Shown: positions 25,251-37,312 of the stretch, piece by piece | Layout: every line of letters starts with the position of its first letter | How positions within the stretch are numbered: the stretch's first letter is position 1 | NCBI GenBank assembly: GCA_964016885.1 | Contig: OZ024742.1 | Coordinates: 297,042,001 to 297,106,000 of the forward strand | Source: Eledone cirrhosa | Lineage: Eukaryota | DNA: 64,000 nt | Direction of reading: 5' to 3' | Notes under the pieces: model-generated | Seen by the model: only the letters and a program-made list of their open reading frames with translations | The model's database searches: none | What the model was told of the DNA's origin: nothing | Program-made: the position numbers and the translations under genes

Positions 25251-25258
25251 ATATATAT

Positions 25259-26373
25259 ACTAGCTGAGGTACCCAGCTTCGCCAAGGTTAACAAATGATA
25301 AGAGAAGAGCGGCAGAAGAGAAAACGTCTGTATTGAAGGCATTGTCTTGTTTACAGTGTGTGTGTATTGTGTATGTGCATGTTTGTGTGTATTTGTGTAT
25401 AGAGAATCCTTTATGGTTGATTCCCAACCTGCTAGAAATAATAGTCAGGTTAGTTAGCATACGTGGTATGTCTTTCTTCTTCTTTGGTATTATATAATTA
25501 GTATCAATAAACTTTCCTGGATATACTCTGATCCCAATCCTGTACATACTTTCCGATTGTCACTTTTGTTTTTTTCGTGTGATACGCGAAGGAACCAACC
25601 AACAAACATCGCTTTTTTATATCTCTTTTATTTGTTCATTCAAAATATTTTAAAGCTAATTCTGTCGTACAATATACATCAGCAATCGTTATCTAATGTT
25701 TAAAACATATGAATAGCTGCGATATATGTACCATATCAATCAAAAACGATATGAGAATTGAATACCATACTAAAACACCAGGAACCTTGCTAAGAACCTG
25801 CAGATAGAAATGTTAATAAATACAACATTTGGCTTGGGTAAACTTTAAGATGTTCTTTTATTGTAGGTTGCTTTTCTCATCCAGTACGTTAAAGAACATT
25901 CATAGTTACAACAATAAATGTTGAACAGAGAACACATTTTTTAACAAACTTTACAATACTTTGTACAACCATAATGGAAATTCCAAGTAACAGAAAATAC
26001 ATAAATTATATTATTAGAGCCTCAGAGTATACAATATTTTTTGTTCGGCCCTCAGGTGCAAAGATGAAGAGATTGTTTGGCGAGCTCACTCTAGGGCATC
26101 CTACATACAATTGACCATGGTTTTCCCTGATGAAGGCCAGCCACTTTTAGGGTTTGACTTTGAGCTTTGTTGATGGTAATCGCGAAGCTTAGTCTCTCTG
26201 TTGCTCTAATAACATTTTTTCTTCTGGAAAATTTGATCTTGCTGCCAGGCTGGGACTTTTTGGGTGGCATATCGGCAGTAACAATGACGATAAGCCGTCT
26301 GTGCTTTCGTGAAATAAATACGTTTGTTTACATTTTGTTTTTGTGTATGCAAAAATATCTGTACACGAATATA

Positions 26374-26375
<2 letters not shown>
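25259..26375. mobile_element. Helitron/Helentron-derived fragments
   Basis: Start actagctgaggtacccagcttcgcc; minus-strand PIF1 helicase C-terminus at ~26017-26190 (FAITINKAQSQTLKVAG..HGQLYVGC.RV..IFAPEGRTKNIVYSEAL). Confidence 0.75.
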
Positions 26376-26444
<69 letters not shown>

Positions 26445-27261
26445 CAGATTAAAGTTTAAGCAAAGAATCGCTGCTTTCACCCTTAACGGGATCTTCTGAA
26501 ACTAAAAAATCAATCTGTGAATGCAGAAGTAAATATTTCGAAAAGCGTTGCAACCGAAAGAAAACAAGAAGATGATACTTTGGTTCGTGAAGACGTTAGG
26601 AATGTCGTATAACCGGAAGTATTGACATTTGAAAATTTTAAAGAAATGAATATTTAAATAATTGTTTCTACTTTTGGCACAAGGCCAGCAATTATCCCAG
26701 TGTATTACTGGTACTTTATTTTATCGACCTCCGTAAGGATGAAAGGCAAAGTTAACCTCGGCGGAATTTGAACTCAGAATGGCAAGGGCCGTAACTCTTT
26801 ACTGCAAAGCATGGCGTCAGACCTTCTACCGATACTGCCAATCCACCAATGTCTTTAATCTTTTAACACAATTCAGTAGACAAAACTACCCTCACTTTCT
26901 TACTTGAAAAAAGTTACATCTATGGTGCAAATTTGATGCCGGTTAGTCCAGCCGCTTGGCGGAAAGTTTGTTACTTACATACGGCCGTCAGCTTTATATT
27001 ATAGATATGGCAGTGCCCCAACATGGTCTCGTCCTGGAACACGTAATGGAATATGTACTGTAGTACAAATTTGGTATAAATATCCAAGGGTAAGAACACC
27101 CAGTCCTATGAACTTTATATAACAGGATGAATGGCTTGGGGTGTATAACCCAAAGAAACTTAAGTATCTGTATATTTCACATTTGTAACATGGAAAGGTA
27201 AGGCATTCAATGCATGTGTTGCATACAGAGACGCGTTTTCCCTTATATATATATATATAAA

Positions 27262-28865
27262 AATGAAAGGATTACAAAGGAGAATATATACTGTTAGAAC
27301 ATGTTTATATAAAGCACCTACGTACGTTTCGCCCGAAAAAGGCTTCTCAAGAGCATAGAAAACTAAAGATTGTTCAGTACAGGACCCAGAAGGAGTTTTA
27401 AAGTGATAAATATATCAAAGTTCATTCTTAGTTCAAACATACACGATGTTATTGTCAGAGAGCAAGGGGAGTAACTCTGGCCGGTGTTTGAATAACCCCA
27501 AAGGGCTTATTATCCGTTCACATGATGGTAGTTTTCCATTACTAATTTGTGGGTGCTACTTTACCATTGTCAATTCAGGCAGGGTCTGAGATTCATAGTT
27601 GGTGTACAGATTTTTATTTGCGCAGCCTACCCACCGGAGTGTTATGGTTTGGTGCAGGAGGACCCAGTTTATGGTTTTTATGTCTCAGTCGATTTCCATC
27701 CAAAGAAGGACTGCTATATTCTGTGTCTGCAGTTTATCACCGATTCTGCTCTGCTGTTGATGAGCTCGAGGGGTGCACTTATGATATGGTAAAGTTCCAT
27801 GAGGCAGAGCTCGCATTTCCTCTTGAAGTTGTACGGTGCTGCCCTGCTGACAATTTCCCAGTATGTGGAGAAGCTGATGTTGGAGTCTTTTAATGTTGTG
27901 ATGTAATTGGCGAGTGACGTGGAGTGTCTTAGTTTCTTGTTTCTAAAAGAGTGGAGATGTGTTCGAAATCTAGTTTTGAACGGGCCAGAAGTGGCCCCTA
28001 TATAATGCTTAATGCTATTATGGCTAGTTATGGTGCACCTATAAATAACATTATCTATCAGGAAACTTCCTCTAAGCGAGCATGTTCCCCGGTCCCGACT
28101 GTTGCATTTTCGGTCGCTCCTGGTGCCCTAAGTCAAGCTATTACTATTGCTACCTATGTTGTTATCCACGCCACCGCCTCTGTCTCTGTAGTTAGTACTA
28201 TTATATCCTATGGCGTGCGGAGTAGTACCATTATTGCTCCGCACGCCGCAGGGCCTTCTGTAGCTGCCGCGTGACCCGTACATGTCACCAGCATGTTCCC
28301 CAGTCTCGCCACTGTTATGTCGGTTGCGTCTGTTGGGGCTGCCGCCAACACTATTGGGTGCTGCAAGGGAAACGCTAAGGCTATTAGGGTTGCTGTCAAG
28401 GTTAGACGTATTGGTGCTAAGGTGCCGTGTTTTGGTGATCTTACTGTAATTAGTTATCCCTAAGATGTCTGCTAAGTTAGGAGTAGTGGAGAAGGATATT
28501 TTAATATTGTTCTTATTGAGGATTTTCCTGTATTTATGGTTGGGTGGGAAGTTCTTCTGTAAGGCTTCGAAGAATGTCCTGGGTAAGTCGGAGGCCACAC
28601 TCCAAGAGTAGGGAGGATGGAACCATAGGACATTACGGTGGCGGTTACGTGAAGCTGTGGGCTTGTTACGGGTCGTGTTGGCTAGGTAACCGTTATTAGT
28701 GTTGCTACTGTGTAGCAGCCTATTACGCGTCCCCTTCACTTTATGCGCAGGTGCACTCGCCTTCCTTCCGTTACGTTTACGTGTAGCTAAACGCTGGTTG
28801 TAGGGTGTAGGTAATAGGCCATCGTTATTGTTAATCTTATAGATAGGGAATAATTCTAGCAGGCA
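27262..28865 (-). mobile_element. Penelope-like element, 3' part (RT C-terminus, linker, GIY-YIG endonuclease, pLTR)
   Basis: RNVLWFHPPYSWSV..FPPNHKYRKILNKNNIKISFSTTPNL; NVIYRCTIT..HYIGATSGPFKTRFRTHLHSF..CELCLMELYHI; pLTR ~27262-27480. Confidence 0.9.
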
Positions 28866-29584
28866 ATCTTTAGTTTTCTATGCACTTGAGAAGCCCTTTT
28901 CGGGCGAAACGTACGTATGTGCTTTATATAAACATGTTCTAACAGTATATATTCTCCTTTGTATTCCTTTCATTTGTAACTGCTTTGCTTATTTTCTCGC
29001 CCGCTAAATATTAACGCTTCCAATATTTAACCCTGTAGGCACAAGTATTGAGCACAAATGCACAACCTTTTGGCAACTAACTATATGTATCGCTTATCCC
29101 TTTAAACCTCTTCTTCTCTCTCACGATACTTAAATATTCTATTACCGTGCTCCTTATAGTAGAGCACTTTACATTATCTGCCATCATGATGGAGAATCAA
29201 CCATTACCCATGTCTCTCAAGTGTATCCCCCTACCTAGTAGGAAAACATACCTCAAGCAACTTATCGATGCTACTAACTCGTTTATACGGAGAGTAAGAT
29301 GGAAGGCCTACCACCTAGATAAAGACGCCCGTAACCTTCCGGAACCTAAAGAGAGATACGGCTTCAAAACGTACCGAAAGCCACCGCACAATACCTTGCT
29401 AGACACCTTTGAGGAGGACCTGCTAAAGCTGATCAGAAACATTAAGTTTAAGAATAAACGCCGATGCAGTAATCCATTGTTAACATCCCTGGACGCGCTC
29501 ATCACCAAGATCAAGAATGACCCACACTTCTTCGTTACCTCTGACAAAACCAAGAAGCTGTATAAGATGGATGTGAGCAAGTAA
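28866..29584 (+). mobile_element. Penelope-like element, inverted 5' part (pLTR + ORF N-terminus)
   Basis: 28866-28974 is the reverse complement of 27262-27371; ORF MSLKCIPLPSRKTYLKQLID..FIRRVRWKAYH..SDKTKKLYKM is a typical PLE N-terminus. Confidence 0.88.
28882..28922 (+). ncRNA. Variant hammerhead in the Penelope pLTR (mirror copy ~27314-27356, -)
   Basis: gcac-TTGAGAA-gccc ttttc gggc-GAAAC-GTAC-GTA-tgtgc. Confidence 0.55.
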
Positions 29585-29599
29585 ATATTTCAAACTACT

Positions 29600-32150
29600 T
29601 TTACAAACGTTACGTAAAAAAGTAAACTCGCACTCATATTTTGTTAGAATAAGCTTCGCATTTGCACACTTGGTGGTGAATTGATTGTCGATTGGGGTTT
29701 TATGTTCCTCCTTTCTTTTCTTTCTCTCGCTCTGCTCATATATTTTGGAGCGTTATATTTGTGAGGTTCATAGCAATAGTTAATTGTATTTGTTATAAGT
29801 GTTTATATTTTCATTCTAAAAGAATTGTGAGCAATTTGTAATGCTTTTTATGTATATATTTAAATCAAATATATTTTCTTTTAATTAAAAGAACATTTTA
29901 TCTCCTTAATATTTTTCATGTTTTCATTCACACACATGATGGCAAAAGAGTCAATTAGCTCAGTTTCCTCTCTATTTTCCCGGTTTTTGCAACAAGAAGC
30001 TTTGAAGATAAGAATATTATCATTTTCAGAAGAGAGAAAACGAAGCCTGAACTGAAAACCAAAACCAAAGTGGGCAGCAAGAAATGTCATCGTTATTTTG
30101 ATTCCAAGTATTATGAGAAATATGAGTGTATGACGAGATATCCCATTTTGAATAAATTGTTCTGTTTCTCGGCATAAGAACACAGACAACTACCGGCTAC
30201 TGCGATTTGAAGAATTTGATTATAGCTTAAACAAGATACAAAAAATGTCGGAGCCATCTGAATTACGTAATTGTTCTGAAAACCTTTGGCCAACATCGAA
30301 TTGATACAGTGATCGATCACTGGAAAAAAGCTTCGATTCAGATGCACAATTGTTCAATCGAGAAACATCGTGATATATTGGAAAGGTTAATTCATCGTAT
30401 TGAAATTTTTGCGGGCCAAGAATTACCATTTCGAAGACACGATGAAACAGAAAGATCAAATAATAAGGGTAATATTATGGTTATATGTGAAGCTGTAGCG
30501 GAATACGATGATTGTTTAAGATTCACGAAGAAAAATGCTAACTGCACATTTTCTGGACCTTCAAGTAATATTCAAAACGAGGTAATTAATTGTATAGCTG
30601 CTATAAATTAATGTGAAATTAAGGCAATGATAAAAGAAACATCATTTGTTGCTGTTTTTTTTATGAGACGACGGATCTATGAATTAAATCTCAATCGTCA
30701 CGCGTTTTGCAATTTGTTGATGAGAAGGATAAGCTCCAAGAAAGGTTTGGGGGGATATGTCAATGTAAGTAAAAACAGAAGAGCTGCATCGCTGACAGAA
30801 GAAGCTCGAAAATTGGCAAAATAATTCAACTGTGGCCACAAATACATCACATAGACTTCTTATAGAGCGAGCGTGATGGCAGGGGATTTGAACGGAGTGC
30901 ATGCAAGAATAAATTAGATTTTTGGTGCGAATGTCATATTTGTAGAGCTTCAAGTATACGTGAATGTTAAATTTTCTTCCAAACTTTAAAAGGAATTTCA
31001 ACTTTTTTCTCAAAATTGAGGGCTCGAATTAGCACTATTGGATTAAATCTTTGGAAGGTGATTTCCAAAGTTACCTAAGACATGTTGGAATTATACTTTC
31101 GACATGTATTCATTTTATCCGACAAAATTACAATAATTTCTGAGATATTTTCAAACATTAGAATATCCAGAAAATTGGAATGCTTCAGAATTAGCATAGG
31201 CAAAGGGATTCGTTGCAAACCTAGAAGAAGTTCAGTTTAAATTTTTATTAGTGGTTTTTGAAACCATGTTAAGTGGCTCAGAAATTCTGTTTTTGATTCT
31301 TCAAGAAAGTCTTCTTGGCATTTCGAGGTTCATTTGTGAAGTTGAAAACTTCCAGAAATAATTGTTTGATATCAAGACCAACAAGTCAACAAGTTTGAGG
31401 GACTTTACTGATGGAGTTGCTGAACCACCAAAGAGTCGATATAAAAAGACCTGAAGCTGTTTTAAGAACTTTGTTTAACAGCATTTTGCTTAAAATTATT
31501 GTTCACATTGAGCAAAGATTTAAAATAACGGAAGAGCTCAGATTTTTAAAATTGTTGAATCCGAAGCTTTTTCACGCTTACGAACAAGATGGAAGCGTTT
31601 TCACTTTTGGATGTCTATTTAAACATATTAGATTTGGATGGATTGAAATAAAAGTTGAAATCAGTTTAGGTTGCAGATTTTGCAAAGCAAGCGTCAAGCA
31701 CCCAAGAAGTCGTAGATATAATATGGGAACTTGAACTAACAAAGCAAGCTTTGACAGTCGTCTGATTTTGACCATACTAGCCACATCTGCTTCATGTGAG
31801 AGATCGTTTTCTTCATTAAAACGAGTAAATAATTATATGAGGTGTTCCCAAAGAGAAGAGAGATTGAGCATCCTGGCCTTCATTTCAATGAATAAAAATT
31901 TTTTGAAGAAGATAAAGGTACAAAGTAATCGGTGAATTTGCCAAAAAGAAACGAAGAATTGAACTGATTTACAAATAAATTTTAAATATCTCATTATCTG
32001 TAGGTTTTCACTGATGGTTCTGGCTGGGCAGAAGGCCTTATAGAGGATTAGTCATTCGTTTTCGTCATCTATTTTTTGTTCGTTATTGGTGTTATCAGTG
32101 GCAATAATGATTAGTTATGCATGTATTATGTTTGTTAATGGTATTGTAGT
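29600..32150 (+). mobile_element. hAT transposon relic (ZMYM1/DUF4371-type transposase pseudogene)
   Basis: YCFSA, GQELPFRRHDETERSNNKGN, SSNIQNEVINCIA, TSASCERSFSSLKRVNNYMRCSQREERLSILALISMN (hATC); many stops and frameshifts; ends not defined. Confidence 0.88.
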
Positions 32151-32699
32151 ACTGTCTTAGAGTTATTTATGGAACACATTGAAAGATGTGTGGCTTAGTA
32201 ATTAGGATGTTTGACCCAGGAACATAAAGTCATGAGAATAATTCCAAATGGTACATTGTGTACCTAAGCAAGACAATTACTTTATTTTGTTCCAGTTTAT
32301 TCAGCTGGAAACATGAGTTGTACCTATGATTCAAAAAGCCAAATTTGTCACACACTGTGAAATGCTGAATCTCCCAGAAAACTATGTTAAGAGTACACAT
32401 GTCCATGGAATTATCAGCACTTTGCATCTTTATTTTATGAGCAGACTGTTCCACTGTTTTATGAGCACACTGTTCCACTGTTTTATGAGCACACTGTTCC
32501 AACATTTGCTGGAAACGATGGCAGACCAACACACATGCACATACACATGCTCATATTCATCTCATGGCCATTGTGACTTAACAAAGTTTAAGGAATTGTC
32601 AAAGTACTTTAAATATACATAACTGGGGTTATGGTGATGATGATGATGATCATCATCATAAGTAGGTTTTCAATTGAAGCTTATTTTAATGATGGATTT

Positions 32700-32971
32700 A
32701 ATGCATATGGCAGAGAAATTAGCTAATTCCTTTATTGTATTTCCTTTTGTGAAACACCTTTCTGAGTATAAATTCTTCCAATGACAATCTGGTCTTTAAT
32801 CTTTCTAATGTACTATACTGAAATAGAAGCGTTTAGTTATTTCAAATCTCTCCATCTGATGCCAATGGTATTAGTTTTTATTCTATTATTTTGTATATCA
32901 TTGTCCAATGTATCCAACAATATCTCAAACAGCAGCAAGGGAGGGATCTGAGAGATATGTGGTTGTTATTT
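32700..32971 (-). pseudogene. Ig V-like pseudo-exon
   Basis: cagctag| EITTTYLSDPSLAAV*D..TLDNDIQNNRIKTNTIGIRWRDLK*LNASISV*YIRKI. Confidence 0.45.
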
Positions 32972-33219
32972 CTAGCTGATTGTGTGATCATCTATATTCT
33001 CACTGGCTAAGCTTAAAGGAATTGTGTAGTTTATATAACATAAATGTAAAGTTGTAGTAGAGTGCTTGGCTTTGAAGATATAATTAATTGTATTAACCAA
33101 AGGAAATACAATCGAATTTGAATAAATCATTCTTGTGGGTTTATATAATAACAAATGTATACAATTTCGTACATTTATAATATGGTATAATTTGATTAAT
33201 TATTAGACATATTAATACA

Positions 33220-33469
33220 TTGTCACCTTGAATTAACTGCAGTTATTATAAGTAGAGATGTAATGTAGTAGCTGATTTCTGACATGTTCAGATATCTTCA
33301 GTTACTATTAGATGGACATACAAGCAATATATCATTGAACTGTGACATGGTTTGAGTTTTCTTACTATTATTGGAGAATTTAATGTGTACTGTTGTATGA
33401 ATGACATTTGTTTCATTATTCCCCTTATAACACCTTTAAAATATTGATGTCATGTTTTAGTTAAATGTT
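33220..33469 (-). pseudogene. Ig V-like pseudo-exon (partly deleted)
   Basis: cttggttttcag| ..[W]YKGNNETNVIHTT..QFNDILLVCPSNSN*RYLNMSEIS..STYNNC. Confidence 0.35.
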
Positions 33470-33924
33470 CTGAAAACCAAGCAAGGAATAAACAATTATT
33501 ATAAAAATTTACGTTTAATTAGTAGATTGGCAGAATCGTTACAATATCAAATAGCTCAATGCACTCTGAGTTCAAATTCTGCCAAATTTGGTCGGCTATG
33601 TCTTTTACCTTTTTGGGGGTTGATAAATGGGTGAAGTACCAATGTAATATTGGCATCAAATCTCTCTCTATCTCTTGCGCAATTTGTCTTTCCTTTTCTC
33701 TGGAAGAAATCATCTGTGATCAGAACTGGGAAGGGATGAACTTTTCCCGGTTTAAGTACCCAAGACACTACACATGTTATGACAATGCTCCTATGACTTC
33801 ATTAGTAGTTAAAGCCCCTGAGATGGGTATATATATATATATATATATATGTATATGTGTGTGTGTGTGTGTGTTTGATCAACGGAACAGTCTACTCATG
33901 AAATTATATATATATATATATATA

Positions 33925-34292
33925 TCAGGTCGAGCTTGCTCGGCCTTCTACGACACGTTTCCTCCATCCATCTCTGTCTCTCATGGCGTTTGCCAGTTCT
34001 TCCGCAGTGCATCCAGTATCGTCCTCAAGTTGCTTGACGTATGTCTTCTTGGGACGACCAGCGTTTCTTGCTCCATGAGATGGACTCCATAACAATACAT
34101 CGCCTGCTATTTCTTCCTTGCTGTACCAACAGTGGCCAGCAAATCTGAGTCTCTGTTTATGTATTGACCTGCTGATAGGTGGTAGATTGCCATAGAGATC
34201 CTTATTTGTTGGGTGTTCCCTCCAAGACACGTTTAAAGCAGCACGGAGCATACGTGTGTATACCCCTTCTAGCTTTTTCTTCAGTTTTGACG
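33925..34292 (-). mobile_element. RTE-clade LINE 3' fragment
   Basis: KLEGVYTRMLRAALNVSW..RLRFAGHCW..LLWSPSHGARNAGRPKKTYV..MRDRDGW; related fragment at 50335-50580(+). Confidence 0.85.
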
Positions 34293-34615
34293 TAACTGGG
34301 AATTCCATTGGTATGTGTAACTTTACATAGATGTTAGGCTGATTGAGAATGCCAGCTCTTTTAATTATAGGTCCCGTCCACTCCATGGGTTTTCAAGCAG
34401 TATCTGTCAATCCTTTTTCATTTGCAAGACTAGGCTTGATTGTAGACTATAAATAACAGATGCCCAATATGCTACATAGTGGGATTGAAACCAGAAACAT
34501 GATTACAAAATGAACTTCCTAGCCAATCTTACCCATGTTCAACTCACATCTCAGCTACGTTATTCATGTGTGTTTTCACAATCACATGATTTAACTGCTC
34601 TTGTGCCCACCATAT

Positions 34616-35588
34616 ATCATCATCATCATCATCATCCTGGTTTAACGTTCATCTTCTACGCTAGCATGGGTTAGACGGGAGTTGTCCCATTGAGGCAATA
34701 TTGGTCAGGTGACCGTGTCTCACTCGTATAGGACTATCTGGCAGGTTTTCTATGGCTGGATGCCCTTCCTAACACCAACCACATTTACAGTGTGGAGTGG
34801 GAGCTTTTGCTGGATGCCCTTCCTAACACCAACCACATTTACAGTGTGGACTGTGTGTTTTTTTTGTCGTGACACCTACACTATCTCATTAGTTTGGACT
34901 GGATGTTGTGGTACCAACTTAACTTTATAGAGAATGGATGGTGTTGGCAGGAGTGGGAGGATGGAGTAGGAGTAGTGGGTTGGGGTATATGTTTGGTTTG
35001 GAGGGGCCTACTGACTGTAGGTTAACTTTGCACGCAGGGAAGGTAGGTCTTCTGTATTACTGCGTGGCGCCAAATATCTTGGTCCAGTGACATTGTCTTA
35101 GAGAGGTGCAAGTGTGTAAGGTCAGAATTTATCAAATCGTCCCAGGTTTTTCTGGGTCTACCTATTCCATAATTTCCATCAGTTTTGATCGCCCTGCACT
35201 TTGTGATACAGCTCTCATCTTTCATGCGCATCACGTGACCATAGCAACGTAATCTTCTCTCAAGTAAACAGCATCTGATCCCTCTTATTCCTAATTTCTC
35301 ATTTAGTTCAATATATTTTGCCGTTCGTGTATATTACTATTACACATCCAACAGAGCATGCATGCTTCATTCCTTTCCAGTCTGCACAGGTGCTCTGCAC
35401 ACAATGCCCATGTCTCACTGCCATGTAACATTGCTGTTCGTATACAAGTATCATACAATCTGCATTTTATTTTCAGAGAGAAACATTTTGTGGCCAACAG
35501 CGGTATAAACTCTCTGAACCTTTTCCATCCCATTCTAACTCTGGCTCCTGTACTTTCAGAGCACCCTCCACCACTGCTGATTTTGTCA
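34616..35588 (-). mobile_element. RTE LINE 3' fragment
   Basis: GWKRFREFIPLLATK..AMLHGSETWAL..GRPRKTWDD plus 3' UTR and (TGA)n tail. Confidence 0.9.
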
Positions 35589-36469
35589 TAAATATCTATC
35601 TAGCTATCTATCTATATATATATATATATATATACATATATTCTAGCTGCAGTGAGTTGTTGATTCCATCATTGTCTTTCTTAGATTAATAATTATTAAT
35701 CTAAGAAAATCAATGAGGGAATCAAGGTTATAATCTAAGATTACTGTATCAGTTTTGATATTTGTGTATCAAATATTTGAGGAACCTATTCTTTAAAAGT
35801 GCATTTACTAGAACATCAATATGATGAGTAATGCATTGATTATTCTAATCTGCTCTAGCTCCACTATATATTTTGATTGTAATTCTAGGGTCAATATCAG
35901 CTATATTTTCAGACAAATTTTTATGATTGAAATTTTAGATATTTTAAAATAATAATTATCGATTTTCCTGTTAAAATAAACTTGAAAAAACATAATTTAA
36001 ATATTTGAAGAGGAATTCAAAAAGGAAATGAAATAAAATAAAATAAAATAAAATAAAATTATAATATTTATTTACAATGAAAAAAAAATGTTTTCCTAAA
36101 TCAAGTAGTGATTCTAGCTGATGTATGTATTTGGATACATGTGTATTTATTTGCAAATATATTTGTATATCTAGGTATATAAACATGTAATTAGGTGTGT
36201 ATTAATGTGAGAGTTTTGCGGTAAAGTTTTTCTCATTAATTTCTTTTCTCTTTCTGCATTGTTCTCCGACATCCACAAATATTTTTCAGTCGTCATCATG
36301 AAAAATCAAAAGGAAAGTGTTAAAAAAGAGGAAATATCATTTTCTAATAACAAAATTGTCATTTCCTGACGAATAGCAAAAAGGTGGGCTATCAAAGATT
36401 AAGCTGTCTTTGAAAGGAAATGGTATAATAAATTAAGAAAGAATATTGATTCATACAAAAATAAATTCT

Positions 36470-36801
36470 CATTATAGCTGTTAGCATCTCTCAGCAATTG
36501 TTATCAAATGTTTTTGCACTTTATCTATTTGAGAAAAGAATTTCCTTGTAGAAATATAACTGACATTTCAGGATGAATTGCAAGCAATTGTGAGTTCGGA
36601 TGTTTCAGAAAAATTTTGCAAATGTTAATGAAAACTAAATTCTCAAATGAATACCAATATTTTATAAAATTTAAGGAAAATAGAGGTATTCAATTTCATT
36701 TTTCTATTTGTTTTCAAGAATCTTGATATGAAATCATGTGATGTAACAGGTATTGCTATACATTCAGAGGGTAATGCTGCCAATAAAAGCATATGCATCA
36801 G
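36470..36801 (-). pseudogene. Ig V-like pseudo-exon
   Basis: cttttctgtttcag| ADAYAFIGSITL*MYSNTCYIT*FHIK (TGA at the expected Cys and Trp) ... GNSFL.IDKVQK. Confidence 0.55.
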
Positions 36802-36989
36802 CTGAAACAGAAAAGTGAATAGAAGTTCATGTGATGAAACAATCACATGAATCAATAAGCTAAATAGTCACTGGTTAATAGTTCCACTTTTTTTAGAAGA
36901 TTTTAAGCTTGTAGCTCAAATTATAATAGCCATCAACTAAGAACCATTGGGATTTCGTTTTACCTAATTTTATCAATAATTGTTTATAG

Positions 36990-37276
36990 TGATCAACTAT
37001 TATTATGATCATTTCCATTGGGACGACTACATTTTAAATTTCAAGTTTCCCCAATGCTCAATGGATGTTTACACTTCTAGCTACTGGCTTCAAATACTCT
37101 AAAATAACAACGGAAAATTAGTGTCCTGCAGCTCTTTAGTGCAGGATACAATTGTTTGCTGGTGCATCTGATCACTTTTTCCCATCTCCGGAGTACTCAA
37201 CTTGATTTTCCCAAGTGTTATTCATTGTGATAATCTATTATGGTCATTTTTGTGTTGGGATGACAACACCTCAAAT
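36990..37276 (+). pseudogene. Ig V-like pseudo-exon
   Basis: ttgtttatag| single frame ..DDYILNFKFPQCSMDVYTSSYWLQIL*NNNGKLVSC..SGVLNLIFPSVIHCDNLLWSFLC. Confidence 0.5.
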
Positions 37277-37278
37277 GT

Positions 37279-37309
<31 letters not shown>

Positions 37310-37312
37310 TAT

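Noticed and set aside
30309-31980. Host ZMYM1-like gene
   Set aside because: Intronless and full of stops and frameshifts; a decayed hAT transposase.
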